Assembly: GCA_050015075.1 (NCBI GenBank)
Contig: JBEKCB010000009.1
Span: forward strand, 64,001-128,000
Direction of reading: 5' to 3'
Origin: Candidatus Brocadiia bacterium
GTDB lineage: Bacteria > Planctomycetota > Brocadiia > CAIUPP01
Length of the DNA: 64,000 bases
The notes beneath the pieces were generated by a model, which ran no database searches, had not been told where the DNA came from, and was given only the letters and a program-made list of their open reading frames with translations. The position numbers were made by a program, and so were the translations under genes. Shown here one piece after another: positions 28,162 to 38,058 of the stretch. Within the stretch, counting starts at the first letter, position 1. Each line of letters opens with the position of its first letter.

Positions 28162-29022
28162 ATGGCCGCTAAAACTCGCGCGAATGACGGCTCCAGCCAG
28201 CAGGCGCTGGTGAACACGGGAATCTACATCCTCATCGCCGGCGCGCTGGCCGCCGGCTGTGTGGTGGGTGTGCAGCAGCTCTGGCGCGCGGTCTCCGACC
28301 GGCCGGAATTCATCGTACGGCCCGGCGATCTTGCGCTCACGAGCAAATGGGCGCGCATCCCGGAGATGAAGCGCGATTTCCTCGCCACCGACCGCACCGG
28401 CATTCTGCGGCGCCCCGGCGTCAGCATCTTCACCGCCAGGCTGTGCGAGGACGTCGCCCAGGCGTATGCCGCCAGTCCGTGGGTGCGGCGCGTGCTGCTC
28501 GTGGCGAAGGAATTCCCGAACCGGCTCGATGTCCAGCTCGAACTGCGCGAGCCCTACGCGCTCGTGCAGACCGGCAGCAAGTGCATCTGCGTGGACGAAG
28601 AGGGCGCGCCGCTCAGTCCGCAATTCTACGACATGTCCCCGCAACGCCTCGCCTCGCTCATCCCGGTCATCACCCTCAACGGCGACTGCCCGGTGCCGAA
28701 CGCCGGCCAGCCGTGGAAGCAGCCGGAAGTCCAGGAAGGACTCGCGATGGTCCGCCTCTACCGCAAGGACCTCGCCCGAAACGTCTCTGTTCACGAAATC
28801 CAGGTCCAGCGCACCGACAACGCCGCCGTGATGGCCACGCTCGTCCTCGACACCGGCCCGCGCGTGCAGTGGGGCCAGACGCCGGCCGGCCCGCGCTCGC
28901 TGGCCGAAATCTCCACCGCCCAGAAGACCACCGCCCTGCTGGCGATCACCCGGAAGGAAGGCACGCAGATCGGACGGCTCAAGACCATTGACGTCCGCTG
29001 GCCGAACCCGCTGTGCGAATGA
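28162..29022 (+). CDS. ftsQ: FtsQ/DivIB-like protein
   Basis: TM helix, POTRA-like PWVRRV....FPN.L.V.L..REP, and C-terminal IDVR. Follows ddl. Confidence 0.75.
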   Translation: MAAKTRANDGSSQQALVNTGIYILIAGALAAGCVVGVQQLWRAVSDRPEFIVRPGDLALTSKWARIPEMKRDFLATDRTGILRRPGVSIFTARLCEDVAQAYAASPWVRRVLLVAKEFPNRLDVQLELREPYALVQTGSKCICVDEEGAPLSPQFYDMSPQRLASLIPVITLNGDCPVPNAGQPWKQPEVQEGLAMVRLYRKDLARNVSVHEIQVQRTDNAAVMATLVLDTGPRVQWGQTPAGPRSLAEISTAQKTTALLAITRKEGTQIGRLKTIDVRWPNPLCE

Positions 29023-29048
29023 GCACGTCGGATTCGGCGTTTTTGCTC

Positions 29049-29519
29049 TTAGCTTTTTCGTTTGCGCTGTGAGGCCCGCCGGAGGGTGCGCAAATCGGCT
29101 TTGTCCTGGGGTCGGCCTGCGGCCTGTTTGGAAGCGATCAGGTCAGCAAGGGACAAATAGTGCGCGTCTACCCCGCCGAATACGTCGTCCACTCGTCTCC
29201 GCCACGCCGCGCCGAACTCCGCGATGCCGGCCGGCCCGGCGATCAGGTCTATTCGGACGGGAGCGACGCCTAACTGGACCACGATGTTCGGGTTGACGAG
29301 ATCTTCCACCGTAAACCCCAGGTCGGCGCCGCTGAAGAAATCGCGGATGGCCGCCAGGACCTTTCGGGCGTTCGCCGGAGAAGGATCATAGAAGATGTCA
29401 AAGTCCTTCGTGGCCCTTGGCCGCGCGTGGTATCCCAGCGCGTGCGCGCCCGCGATGAGATACCGTGCGCCCCTTGCGTTCAAAGACGCGACAAACTCTT
29501 CGTAGTCTCTGTGGGCCAT
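29049..29519 (-). CDS. Nucleotidyltransferase (DUF6036-like), possible toxin/antitoxin component
   Basis: YLIAGAHALGYH.RPRATKDFD and K.AAGRPQD.AD. Confidence 0.75.
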   Translation of the reverse strand: MAHRDYEEFVASLNARGARYLIAGAHALGYHARPRATKDFDIFYDPSPANARKVLAAIRDFFSGADLGFTVEDLVNPNIVVQLGVAPVRIDLIAGPAGIAEFGAAWRRRVDDVFGGVDAHYLSLADLIASKQAAGRPQDKADLRTLRRASQRKRKS

Positions 29520-29697
29520 TGATGCCTCGGGTCTTCAGGACGCTTCGCGTGCACTCGTCCACCGTGTTCACGCGCTGCGCGGGAGTCAGGTTCTCATACC
29601 AAAAGCGGAAGTCCTGATCTTCGGCTTCGTCCCAGCGGAGCACAACCCCTTGCCAGATGCGACCATGCCTGTCCTTCGCCCGTCCGCGAATCTGCAT
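29398..29697 (-). CDS. Small partner protein upstream of the nucleotidyltransferase
   Basis: D..FW....P.QR....E and RLRRV.RV motifs. GAGGAG RBS. Overlaps the downstream gene. Confidence 0.55.
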   Translation of the reverse strand: MQIRGRAKDRHGRIWQGVVLRWDEAEDQDFRFWYENLTPAQRVNTVDECTRSVLKTRGINGPQRLRRVCRVFERKGRTVSHRGRARAGIPRAAKGHEGL

Positions 29698-29829
29698 GAC
29701 CTCTCCTCACCGAACGCTTGCATGCTATCTTCGCGAAGGGCCGCCGTCAAGGAGCCGGCCGCCTTCCGCTGAGCGTTGGCAACGCGCATGAGACAAGCTA
29801 TAATCGAAGATGAAGTGAAAGGGCGCGCG

Positions 29830-29997
29830 ATGCCTTACAAACCGGTTCCCGGCGGGCTCGGGCGGATTTACGTCCCAGAGCCTGATGCTGGGACGCTGAA
29901 GAAGCACAACTGCAAGGACTGCTTTTTCTGCCAGTGGTGCGCTGTAGAGCGCTGTCGCCTCTGCAGAAAAAAGAGTTGTCACCGGCTCAGGAAATAA
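29830..29997 (+). CDS. Small cysteine-rich protein (55 aa)
   Basis: KKHNCKDCFFCQWC....C..C. Upstream TTGGCA-17-TATAAT (29776-29804). Confidence 0.65.
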   Translation: MPYKPVPGGLGRIYVPEPDAGTLKKHNCKDCFFCQWCAVERCRLCRKKSCHRLRK

Positions 29998-29999
29998 AT

Positions 30000-30398
30000 G
30001 TGAATCCACGATTTCGTGCGCCTTCTGCGAAAACTCTGCTGCGTCAAACCCTGCGCGCGGCACTCATCGGCCTCATCATCGGCGCCGCGTTCGGGATCCT
30101 GACTGCGCTGGGGAGCTGGTTGTCCCACCAGAGCGATAGTCCGCCAACGCTCCCTGGGCTGAACTACATCATCCGGGGGCTGGACGTCAGCGCTTTTCCG
30201 GGAATGACGATCGCAACCGCGATTGATCGGCGGGGAGTGGAACCAGACTACGTTTTTTCGCCGGGAGAGGTCACCAGTCCCATCCTGGTCCTGGCGCTCT
30301 GCAACGCCCTTTTCTGGGCCGCGCTTTGGGCGTTGCTTTTGGCCTGGCCCGGCCCCGTCTTCGCGCTCTGGCTCACGCTGTCCGGCTCGTGGGGTTAG
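30000..30398 (+). CDS. Hypothetical membrane protein
   Basis: Two to three hydrophobic segments. GTG start just after the previous stop. Confidence 0.45.
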   Translation: MNPRFRAPSAKTLLRQTLRAALIGLIIGAAFGILTALGSWLSHQSDSPPTLPGLNYIIRGLDVSAFPGMTIATAIDRRGVEPDYVFSPGEVTSPILVLALCNALFWAALWALLLAWPGPVFALWLTLSGSWG

Positions 30399-30542
30399 CT
30401 CGTCGCCGCCCTGAATACTTGGTGCTGCCGGTTTAAGCTCGCATTCCTGCCTGCCCGCGCCATGCCTTGAACGCCCGGATTGTTTCTTGTAACATGGCGG
30501 TTGCCCTTGCAAAGCGGCGCAGTGCGGTGGATGGAGGCATTT

Positions 30543-33128
30543 ATGGCTTTTCGACCCGACCGTTTGACGACCAAATCCCAGGAGGCGCTGCAGGCGGCGC
30601 AGGATATCGCGCGCGAGCGCGGGCAGCAGGAGCTGACGCCGGAACATCTGCTGCTGGCGCTGGTGCGTCAGAAAGACGGCGTGGTGCCGCCCATTCTCCA
30701 GCGCGCCGGCGCTTCTGCGGACCAGCTCGAACGCCGGCTCGATGACGCGCTCGATGCGATCCCGAAGGTCTCCGGCGGCGACATCTACGCCTCGCCGCGG
30801 TTGAGCAAGCTGCTCGAGGCGGCCTGGAAGGAGGCGCAGGCGCTCAAGGACGAGTACGTCAGCGCCGAGCACCTGCTGCTCGCGGTGGCCGAGGGCGATG
30901 GCGCGGCAAAGACGATCCTGAAAGAGGCCGGCCTCACCCGCGCGAATATCCTGACGATCCTCAAGACCGTCCGCGGGACGCAGCGCGTGACCGACCAGGA
31001 GCCGGAAGGCAAGTACCAGGCGCTTGAGCGTTACTGCCGCGATTTGACCGCCGCCGCGCGCGCCGGCAAGCTCGATCCGGTGATCGGCCGCGACGAGGAA
31101 ATCCGCCGCGTGATGCAGGTGCTCAGCCGCCGCACGAAGAACAACCCCGTGCTGATCGGCGATCCCGGCGTCGGCAAGACCGCCATCGTCGAAGGGCTGG
31201 CGCGGCGCATCGTCGAGGGCGACGTGCCCGAAGGGTTGAAGAACCGGCGAGTGCTCGCGCTCGACCTGGGCGCGCTGATCGCGGGCACCAAGTTCCGCGG
31301 CGAGTTCGAGGACCGCCTGAAAGCCGTCCTCAAGGCGATCACCGAGGCGGAAGGCTCGGTGATCCTGTTCATTGACGAGCTGCACATGGTCGTCGGCGCG
31401 GGCGCAGCCGAAGGCGCCGCCGACGCGGCGAACCTGCTCAAGCCGGCCCTGGCGCGCGGCGAGCTGCGCTGCGTCGGCGCGACGACGCTCGACGAATACC
31501 GCAAGCACATCGAAAAGGACGCCGCGCTCGAACGGCGCTTCCAGCCGGTCCTCGTCGGCGAGCCTTCCATCCCCGACACGATCGCCATCCTGCGCGGCCT
31601 CAAGGAGCGCTACGAGGTCCACCACGGAGTCCGCATCCAGGATTCCGCTCTCGTCGCGGCGGCCACGCTTTCCGAGCGCTACATCACCGACCGGTTCCTG
31701 CCCGACAAGGCGATTGACCTGGTGGACGAGGCGGCCTCGCGCCTGCGGATGGAGATGGACAGCCTGCCGGTGGAGCTTGACCAGACCGAGCGCCGGCGCA
31801 TGCAACTGGAGATCGAGCGCCAGGCGCTCACGCGCGAGAAGGACCCCGCCTCGCGCGAGCGCCGCGCGAAGGTCGAGCAGGAACTCGCCGAGCTGAAGGA
31901 GAAATCCACCCTGCTCCGCGCGCATTGGGAGAATGAAAAGGCCGCGATCAAAAAGATCCGCCAGGCCAAGGAGAAGCTCGAATCCACGCGCACCGAGGCC
32001 GAGCGCGAACAGCGCCACGGCAACCTCCAGCGCGTCAGCGAGCTGCGCTACAGCGTGATCCCCGCGCTCGAAAAGTCCATCGAGGAGGAGAACCGCCGCC
32101 TGCTCGAACTCCAGAAAGACCGCAAGATGCTCAAGGAGGAAGTGGACGAGGAGGACATCGCGCAGGTGGTGAGCAGCTGGACGCACATCCCCGTCAGCCG
32201 GATGCTCGAGAGCGAAAAGGACCGGCTGCTGAAAATGGAGGCGCGCCTCTCCGAGCGCGTGGTCGGCCAGGAAGAGGCGATCGCCGCGGTGAGCAACGCC
32301 ATCCGCCGCGCGCGCGCCGGCCTGCAGGACCCGGGCCGGCCGATCGGCTCGTTCATGTTCCTCGGCCCCACCGGCGTCGGCAAGACCGAGCTGGCCCGCG
32401 CGCTGGCCGAGTTCCTCTTCGACACCGAGCAGGCGATGGTCCGCATTGACATGTCCGAGTACATGGAGAAGCACACCGTCTCGCGGCTGATCGGCGCGCC
32501 GCCGGGCTACGTCGGCTACGACGAGGGCGGCCAGCTCACCGAGGCGGTCCGCCGGCGCCCGTATTCGGTGATCCTCTTCGACGAGATCGAGAAGGCGCAC
32601 AACGACGTCTTCAACGTGCTCCTTCAAGTGCTCGACGAGGGCCGCCTGACCGACGGCCACGGGCGCACGGTGGATTTCAAGAACACACTGATCATCATGA
32701 CCAGCAACATCGGCAGCCACCAGATCCAGGAGGCGGGCGGGCGCGTGACCGAGGCCCTCGAGGAATCGGTCCGCCAGATGGTCCGCGCGCAGTTCCGCCC
32801 GGAGTTCCTCAACCGCGTGGACGACATCATCATCTTCCACGCGCTCACGCTCGAGCAGATTGAGCGGATCGTGGACATTCAACTCAAGTCGCTGCGGCGG
32901 CTGCTCGCCGACCGCAACCTCGAGATCGAGCTGACCGCCGAGGCGAAGAAACGCATCGCCAAGGAAGGCTTCGACCCGGTCTTCGGCGCGCGCCCGCTCA
33001 AGCGCGTGATCCAGCAGAGCATCCAGAACGAACTGGCGATGCGCCTGCTCCGCGGCGATATCCGCAACGGCGACAAGATCCGCGTGGACTGGAAAAAAGG
33101 CGAGTTCGTGTTCGAGAAAAACAATTGA
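30543..33128 (+). CDS. clpB: Chaperone ClpB
   Basis: Two AAA+ modules ([16 protein letters not shown]), KNNPVLIG, long M-domain, [18 protein letters not shown]. Confidence 0.97.
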   Translation: MAFRPDRLTTKSQEALQAAQDIARERGQQELTPEHLLLALVRQKDGVVPPILQRAGASADQLERRLDDALDAIPKVSGGDIYASPRLSKLLEAAWKEAQALKDEYVSAEHLLLAVAEGDGAAKTILKEAGLTRANILTILKTVRGTQRVTDQEPEGKYQALERYCRDLTAAARAGKLDPVIGRDEEIRRVMQVLSRRTKNNPVLIGDPGVGKTAIVEGLARRIVEGDVPEGLKNRRVLALDLGALIAGTKFRGEFEDRLKAVLKAITEAEGSVILFIDELHMVVGAGAAEGAADAANLLKPALARGELRCVGATTLDEYRKHIEKDAALERRFQPVLVGEPSIPDTIAILRGLKERYEVHHGVRIQDSALVAAATLSERYITDRFLPDKAIDLVDEAASRLRMEMDSLPVELDQTERRRMQLEIERQALTREKDPASRERRAKVEQELAELKEKSTLLRAHWENEKAAIKKIRQAKEKLESTRTEAEREQRHGNLQRVSELRYSVIPALEKSIEEENRRLLELQKDRKMLKEEVDEEDIAQVVSSWTHIPVSRMLESEKDRLLKMEARLSERVVGQEEAIAAVSNAIRRARAGLQDPGRPIGSFMFLGPTGVGKTELARALAEFLFDTEQAMVRIDMSEYMEKHTVSRLIGAPPGYVGYDEGGQLTEAVRRRPYSVILFDEIEKAHNDVFNVLLQVLDEGRLTDGHGRTVDFKNTLIIMTSNIGSHQIQEAGGRVTEALEESVRQMVRAQFRPEFLNRVDDIIIFHALTLEQIERIVDIQLKSLRRLLADRNLEIELTAEAKKRIAKEGFDPVFGARPLKRVIQQSIQNELAMRLLRGDIRNGDKIRVDWKKGEFVFEKNN

Positions 33129-33232
33129 GCCTTTTGTTCCTTGATACTGATCCTGCTATCCTCTAGCGGTCGAACTCGTCCTCGATGGCCTGGCGCTTGG
33201 ATGGTATGAAGGACTGTTGCTAGGAGGCGCGC

Positions 33233-34315
33233 GTGGCGGGAATGACTGACGGCGAGACGGTCGGCGCGGCGGCGGAAGGGCTGAGCCCGGAGAACATCCT
33301 GGATTTCAGCGCGAACGTCACCCCCGCGCCGCTGCCCGAGGCGCTGCGGCAGGCGCTCCAGGACTCGATACAGTGCCTTTCGCACCCGCCGGACCCGGAG
33401 GCGCGGAAGCTGCGTCAGCGCGCGGCGGAGGTCTACGGAGTCTCGCCCGACGAAGTGCGCGTCGGAAACGGCGTCAGCGAATTCCTCTACGCGATCCCGC
33501 GCGGGCTGCGGCCCCGGCGCGTGGTGATGCCCGCGCCCTGCTCCACCGATTACTGGCGCGCGAGCGATTACGCCGGCGCGGAATCCGAAGGCGTGCTCTC
33601 CTCGGAGGCGAAGGAGTTCGCGCTCGACCCGGCGCAGGTCGAGATGCGCCTCAGCGGCACGGACATGGTGTTCCTCGGCAACCCGAGCGATCCGACCGGC
33701 GTCGCGGCGCCGGCGGACGCGATCCGCGCGCTGGCGAAGAAATTCTCCGGCGTCGCCTTCGTGGTGGATGAATCGTTCGTGGAGTTCGTCCCGGAAGCGC
33801 TCGGCGCGTCGCTGCTGGGCGCGCCCCTGCCGGCGAACGTGATCGTGCTCCGCTCGCCCACGGCGATCTACGGGTTGGCCGGCCTGCCGCTGGCCTTCCT
33901 GTTCGCGGGGCGGACGCTGATCGAGCAGATTCAGGCCGCGCGCGAGCCGAACGCGGTCGGCGCTACGACGCTCCGCGCCGGTGAAGCCCTGCTGGCCGGC
34001 CCGCCGGAGGCGCCCGCGCTGCGACAGCCGGTGATCGCCGAGCGCGAGCGCGTCCGCGAGGAACTCTCGCGCATGGCGGGCATCCGCGTCTTCCGCTCGC
34101 AGGCGAACTTCCTGCTGCTGAAGACCACGCGGCCGGGCCTGAACGCCATGCAGCTCTGCGAGCGCCTGCTCGAACAGAACGTACTCATCCGCAACGTCGC
34201 AGGTTACCGCGGCCTCGACGGACGCTTTGCGCGGGTCTCCGTCCGTACGGCCGCCGACAACGATCGTCTGCTGGCGGCGTTCGGCGGCGCGCTCGACGAG
34301 TCGAAATGGAAATGA
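33233..34315 (+). CDS. CobD/HisC-like fold-type I PLP protein lacking the catalytic lysine
   Basis: LDFSAN, GNG.SE, NP..PTG, VDESF, SQANFLL, VSVRT..DN. The Lys motif reads LRSPTAIYGLAGLP. Confidence 0.8.
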   Translation: MAGMTDGETVGAAAEGLSPENILDFSANVTPAPLPEALRQALQDSIQCLSHPPDPEARKLRQRAAEVYGVSPDEVRVGNGVSEFLYAIPRGLRPRRVVMPAPCSTDYWRASDYAGAESEGVLSSEAKEFALDPAQVEMRLSGTDMVFLGNPSDPTGVAAPADAIRALAKKFSGVAFVVDESFVEFVPEALGASLLGAPLPANVIVLRSPTAIYGLAGLPLAFLFAGRTLIEQIQAAREPNAVGATTLRAGEALLAGPPEAPALRQPVIAERERVREELSRMAGIRVFRSQANFLLLKTTRPGLNAMQLCERLLEQNVLIRNVAGYRGLDGRFARVSVRTAADNDRLLAAFGGALDESKWK

Positions 34316-34395
34316 AGCGGAACGCGGAAAGCGAAAAACGCAAGGCCGGAAATTCCGGGTGGTAGCTGATTACCCTTCCACTTTTCACCCCATCG

Positions 34396-34764
34396 TCATT
34401 TCGCCGACCGAGCTTCCATCACGAGGACCGAATCATTCGCGCCCGGCGCCACGCTGCCGTAAACGAAATCCACGTTGACCTTCCGCTGCGCCAGGCGCTC
34501 CATCATCTCGGCCAGCGCGCCCACCTTGTTCGGCAGCTCGATCAGCCGCACCGGCGTCTCGACCACCTCGAGCTTCAGGTCCTCGAGCACCTTCACGCCC
34601 GACCGGGCGTCGTCCACGATCATGCGCACCAGGCACGTTTCCGTGGCGTCCACCACCGAGATCGCCATAATATTCACGTCGCCGTCGGCGAGCGCGCGGC
34701 AGACCTTCGCCAGCGCACCCGGCTTGTTCGGCAGCGAAACCGTCAGTTGTTTCGTCCGTTCCAT
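34396..34764 (-). CDS. Tandem ACT domain (amino-acid binding) protein
   Basis: LPNKPGALA ... LPNKVGALA and VNVDFVY. GGAGG RBS. Confidence 0.85.
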   Translation of the reverse strand: MERTKQLTVSLPNKPGALAKVCRALADGDVNIMAISVVDATETCLVRMIVDDARSGVKVLEDLKLEVVETPVRLIELPNKVGALAEMMERLAQRKVNVDFVYGSVAPGANDSVLVMEARSAK

Positions 34765-35065
34765 CGCATTTCCTCCGTTCTCAGCCCGGCATGGAATCCT
34801 TGAGCGGCCACAAAACCTTGCTATGAGGAAGTCTAACCCGGCGCAGCGCCGAATGCAAAGCGCAAAATGCAGAATGTGAACCGGGGCGAGCCGCCGCGCA
34901 GCCGGACGGCGGTCCATTTGCCCTTTTTCAGTTTGCACGGTTTTTCTCTTGACGGGCGCCGTTTGGCGATGCTAGAATCTGACGCGGTGCATGGCTCGCC
35001 GCGTGGCGGGCAATGGCATCGGATGGATCGGCGTCCTATTTCGTTCTGTCGAAGGGGAAAGCACG

Positions 35066-35800
35066 ATGAGAGCTCTCCGGCTGGCCGGCGTGATGGCAGT
35101 ATGCGTCATGGTCTTTTCCGGATGCGAGATGAGCCGCCCCTACAAGGGCTACAGCGACGAAGTGGATAGCTGGTCCTACCCCAAGCGCTTCGGGGTTACG
35201 TGGGAGGACTGGGGGCTGTCGCTGCTGGATATCGTCAGCCTGGAAATCGGCGCGCAGGAGTCCATCGGCATCGTCATCCAGCCGACGAAGATCCTCCAGA
35301 CCGGGTTCCTGTTCAACGACGTGATGAAGCTCGGCTGGCGCAACCGCGGCTTCGGGTTCTACCATGAAGTCCAGAGCGAAGGCGGCCTCGGCTGGGCGTA
35401 CTACCGCAGCCGCCGGTTCGAGCCGATCCTCGGCACCGCCACGCTCTTCGACCCGTACCGCCGCGCGCCGCTCTTCGCCGGATTCCCCATCCGCGATAAT
35501 ATCCAGGAAGGCCACTGGGCGGACGTCGGCGGCGAGGTCGGCCTCGTCTTCCTTGACGTCAGCGCCCACGTCAGCCCGAAACATGCGATCGGCTTCTGCG
35601 TCAACACCCTGATGCTGCCGATGAACCTCTTCCTGCGCTATCCGCTCAATTGGATCGGCGTGCGTTTCCCCGAACTGGATTTCTGCGATGAAAACACCAC
35701 CTCGCAGATTAAGCAGAAATACAACCTGACATTGATCCCGTATCCCAGAACGTTCGCTCCGACCGAAGTGCTGAACGAGCTCTGGGAAGTGCCGTACTAA
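35066..35800 (+). CDS. Hypothetical lipoprotein
   Basis: Signal peptide with lipobox VFSGC. Upstream TTGACG-18-TAGAAT (34949-34978). Confidence 0.6.
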   Translation: MRALRLAGVMAVCVMVFSGCEMSRPYKGYSDEVDSWSYPKRFGVTWEDWGLSLLDIVSLEIGAQESIGIVIQPTKILQTGFLFNDVMKLGWRNRGFGFYHEVQSEGGLGWAYYRSRRFEPILGTATLFDPYRRAPLFAGFPIRDNIQEGHWADVGGEVGLVFLDVSAHVSPKHAIGFCVNTLMLPMNLFLRYPLNWIGVRFPELDFCDENTTSQIKQKYNLTLIPYPRTFAPTEVLNELWEVPY

Positions 35801-35917
35801 ACGGACCGCGGCGACGATGGACCGTGCATGACCGGGCAGGCGCACGAGTCCATCGTCTCTCGTCCATCGGCAGCGTCCGTCGTCATCACACAAGATCAGA
35901 ATCGAGGTGAGAACTTT

Positions 35918-36145
35918 TTGGCTAAGATCGTCGTCCGCGAAGGTGACTCCATCGAGCGCGCGCTCAAGCAGTTCAAGCGCATCTGCGAGAAGGAGGGCCT
36001 TCGGCGAGAGATTAAGCGCGCTTCTTATTACGAGAAGCCCAGCGAGCAAAAACGACGCCGCAAGCTCCAGCAGGTCCGGGAGCGCCGCAAGACCGTGACC
36101 AAGGCCCTGAAGCTGAAGGTCAAGAGCAAGCTCCGCGCAAGATAG
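35918..36145 (+). CDS. rpsU: 30S ribosomal protein S21
   Basis: TTG start after GAGGTGA. V.EG.SIE.ALK.FKR...EG and YYEKPS. Confidence 0.93.
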   Translation: MAKIVVREGDSIERALKQFKRICEKEGLRREIKRASYYEKPSEQKRRRKLQQVRERRKTVTKALKLKVKSKLRAR

Positions 36146-36168
36146 CCTCGGTTCTCACTCGCCGTTCA

Positions 36169-36206
36169 TCGGGCGCCTTTCCACTCGGGAAGGCGCCCGA
36201 ATTATT
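36169..36206 (+). terminator. Intrinsic terminator after rpsU
   Basis: TCGGGCGCCTT-loop-AAGGCGCCCGA followed by ATTATT. Confidence 0.65.
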
Positions 36207-36377
36207 ATGTGCCTGCGAGGGCCTGCCTGTCCCAGCCGAGTTTATTCTCCTTGCGCCTCGACCGGTGTAACCTCTCACGGCCGCGCCAGCACTAGTGAAG
36301 TGAACGCTTCAGGGATGCTAAATTTGCCCGCGCGTCGCGCGGCGGAGTATAATGCGCCCGTTTCAGGAAGACGGAGG

Positions 36378-36830
36378 ATGGATAAATTGAAAGCGACGCA
36401 CGCTCATGTCTCAGCGCCACCTCGGGCGGAACCGGCGGCCTCCGCCGAGGTGTTCGATTTCGTCGGCCGGCACTTCCTGGCCTCGTATCTCGGCTGCGAT
36501 CCGGACCGCCTGCGCGACTTGGCCGGGCTCAAGGCGGCTTTCGAGCGCGCCGTCGCCGCCAGCGGCGCCACGCTCATGGGCAGCTCCGACCACGTTTATC
36601 CGCCGCACGGCTACACGCTCCTCTGCCTGCTTTCCGAAAGCCACGCCAGCATCCACACTTATCCGGAGCACAACGCGTGTTTCGTGGACCTCTTCACCTG
36701 CGGCCTGCGCTGCCGGCCGGAGCCCTTCGACGCCGTCCTGCGCGACTACCTGCGCCCGGCGCACAGCCACGTCCGCAGCTTGATCCGGCGCGAAGAGGCC
36801 CAGGACGAGGGGCGGGCCGCGCGCGGCTGA
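36378..36830 (+). CDS. speD: Pyruvoyl-dependent S-adenosylmethionine decarboxylase proenzyme (class 1B)
   Basis: LLSESH.SIHTYPE (self-cleavage site) and DLFTCG. TATAAT promoter at 36348. Confidence 0.88.
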   Translation: MDKLKATHAHVSAPPRAEPAASAEVFDFVGRHFLASYLGCDPDRLRDLAGLKAAFERAVAASGATLMGSSDHVYPPHGYTLLCLLSESHASIHTYPEHNACFVDLFTCGLRCRPEPFDAVLRDYLRPAHSHVRSLIRREEAQDEGRAARG

Positions 36831-36978
36831 CCCGGCGTGACCGTGAATCACCCGGGCGCCCAAGCGCCGAGAACAACACTATACGGAGTCAGCCCACCGA
36901 GGACACAAGCCTCTTTCCGCCGTTCCTGGAGTCTTGCGTCTGAAAAGTGAAAACTCCGCGCCAAGGGAAGGTTGACGC

Positions 36979-38058
36979 ATGCCCACGCAGCCCAACGCCT
37001 CGCGACCGCCTCTTCCGCGTCCGTATCCGCTCCCGGCGCTGCCGCCGGACCGGTTCTACGTCGAGCCCTACACGCCGCAGGAGGTCGGGTTCGGCCAGCT
37101 CGTCCTCGTCGAGGATTCCGACCCCTTCGACCGCTACACCTATCGCTGCAAGGCGATCCAGTACGCGGGCAAGACCGCCTTCCAGACGGTGCAGATCGGC
37201 GACACCTACAACTACGGCCGCGTGCTGATGCTCGACGGCGCCATCCAGAGTTCCGCCGACGACGAAGCGCTCTACCACGAACTGCTCGTGCAGCCGGCGA
37301 TGCTGCGCTCGCCCGAGCCGCGCGACGTGCTCATCATCGGCGGCGGCGAGGGCGCCTCGCTGCGCGAAGTCCTCGCCCACGGCGCCGTGCGCTCCGCAAC
37401 GATGGTGGATATTGATCCGGAAGTCGTCGCGCTTTGCCGCGAGCACCTGCCCACCTGGCACCAAGGCGCGTTCCAGGACCCGCGCACGCGGCTCGTCCAC
37501 GCCGACGGCCGCGCTTTCGTCGAGGGCGAAAACCAGCGCTACGACGTGGTGATCGTGGACGTGGTGGACATGCTCGAAAACGGCCCGGCCGAGAAGCTCT
37601 ACACGCGGCAGTTCTACGAACTCCTCCGCAAGCGCCTCAAGCCCGACGGCATCATCGCGGTGCAGGCGCTGGAGTTCTCCTTCGCCGACGACCGCCCGCA
37701 CGCCGCGCTCGCGCGCACGCTGCGCACCGTCTTCCCCGAAGTCCACAGCTACCGCGCGCTCATCCCCTCGTTCCTCGGCTCATGGGGATTCCTCATCGCC
37801 AGCGACTGGCTCCGCCCCGCCGAGATGCGCAGCGAGGACCTCGACCGCGCCATCGAGAACCGCCTCGGCAGTATATGGATGGAGCACCTTACCGGCGATT
37901 ACCTCAAGTCGTGCTTCATCATGGACAAGGAGACCCAGTTCCTCCTGTCGCTGTCCGGCCCGATCCTCGAAGACGGCACGCCGTTCGTCCTGCCGCCGGA
38001 GATTCAGGACGTCGAGCCGCCCTTCGCGCAGTTCCCGGCGAAGAAGCCGGAGGAATGA
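36979..38058 (+). CDS. speE: Polyamine aminopropyltransferase (spermidine synthase family, GGGEG type)
   Basis: LDG.IQS...DE..YHE.LV.P, IGGGEG...REV, VDID, DGR.F, LYT.QFY. Confidence 0.9.
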   Translation: MPTQPNASRPPLPRPYPLPALPPDRFYVEPYTPQEVGFGQLVLVEDSDPFDRYTYRCKAIQYAGKTAFQTVQIGDTYNYGRVLMLDGAIQSSADDEALYHELLVQPAMLRSPEPRDVLIIGGGEGASLREVLAHGAVRSATMVDIDPEVVALCREHLPTWHQGAFQDPRTRLVHADGRAFVEGENQRYDVVIVDVVDMLENGPAEKLYTRQFYELLRKRLKPDGIIAVQALEFSFADDRPHAALARTLRTVFPEVHSYRALIPSFLGSWGFLIASDWLRPAEMRSEDLDRAIENRLGSIWMEHLTGDYLKSCFIMDKETQFLLSLSGPILEDGTPFVLPPEIQDVEPPFAQFPAKKPEE

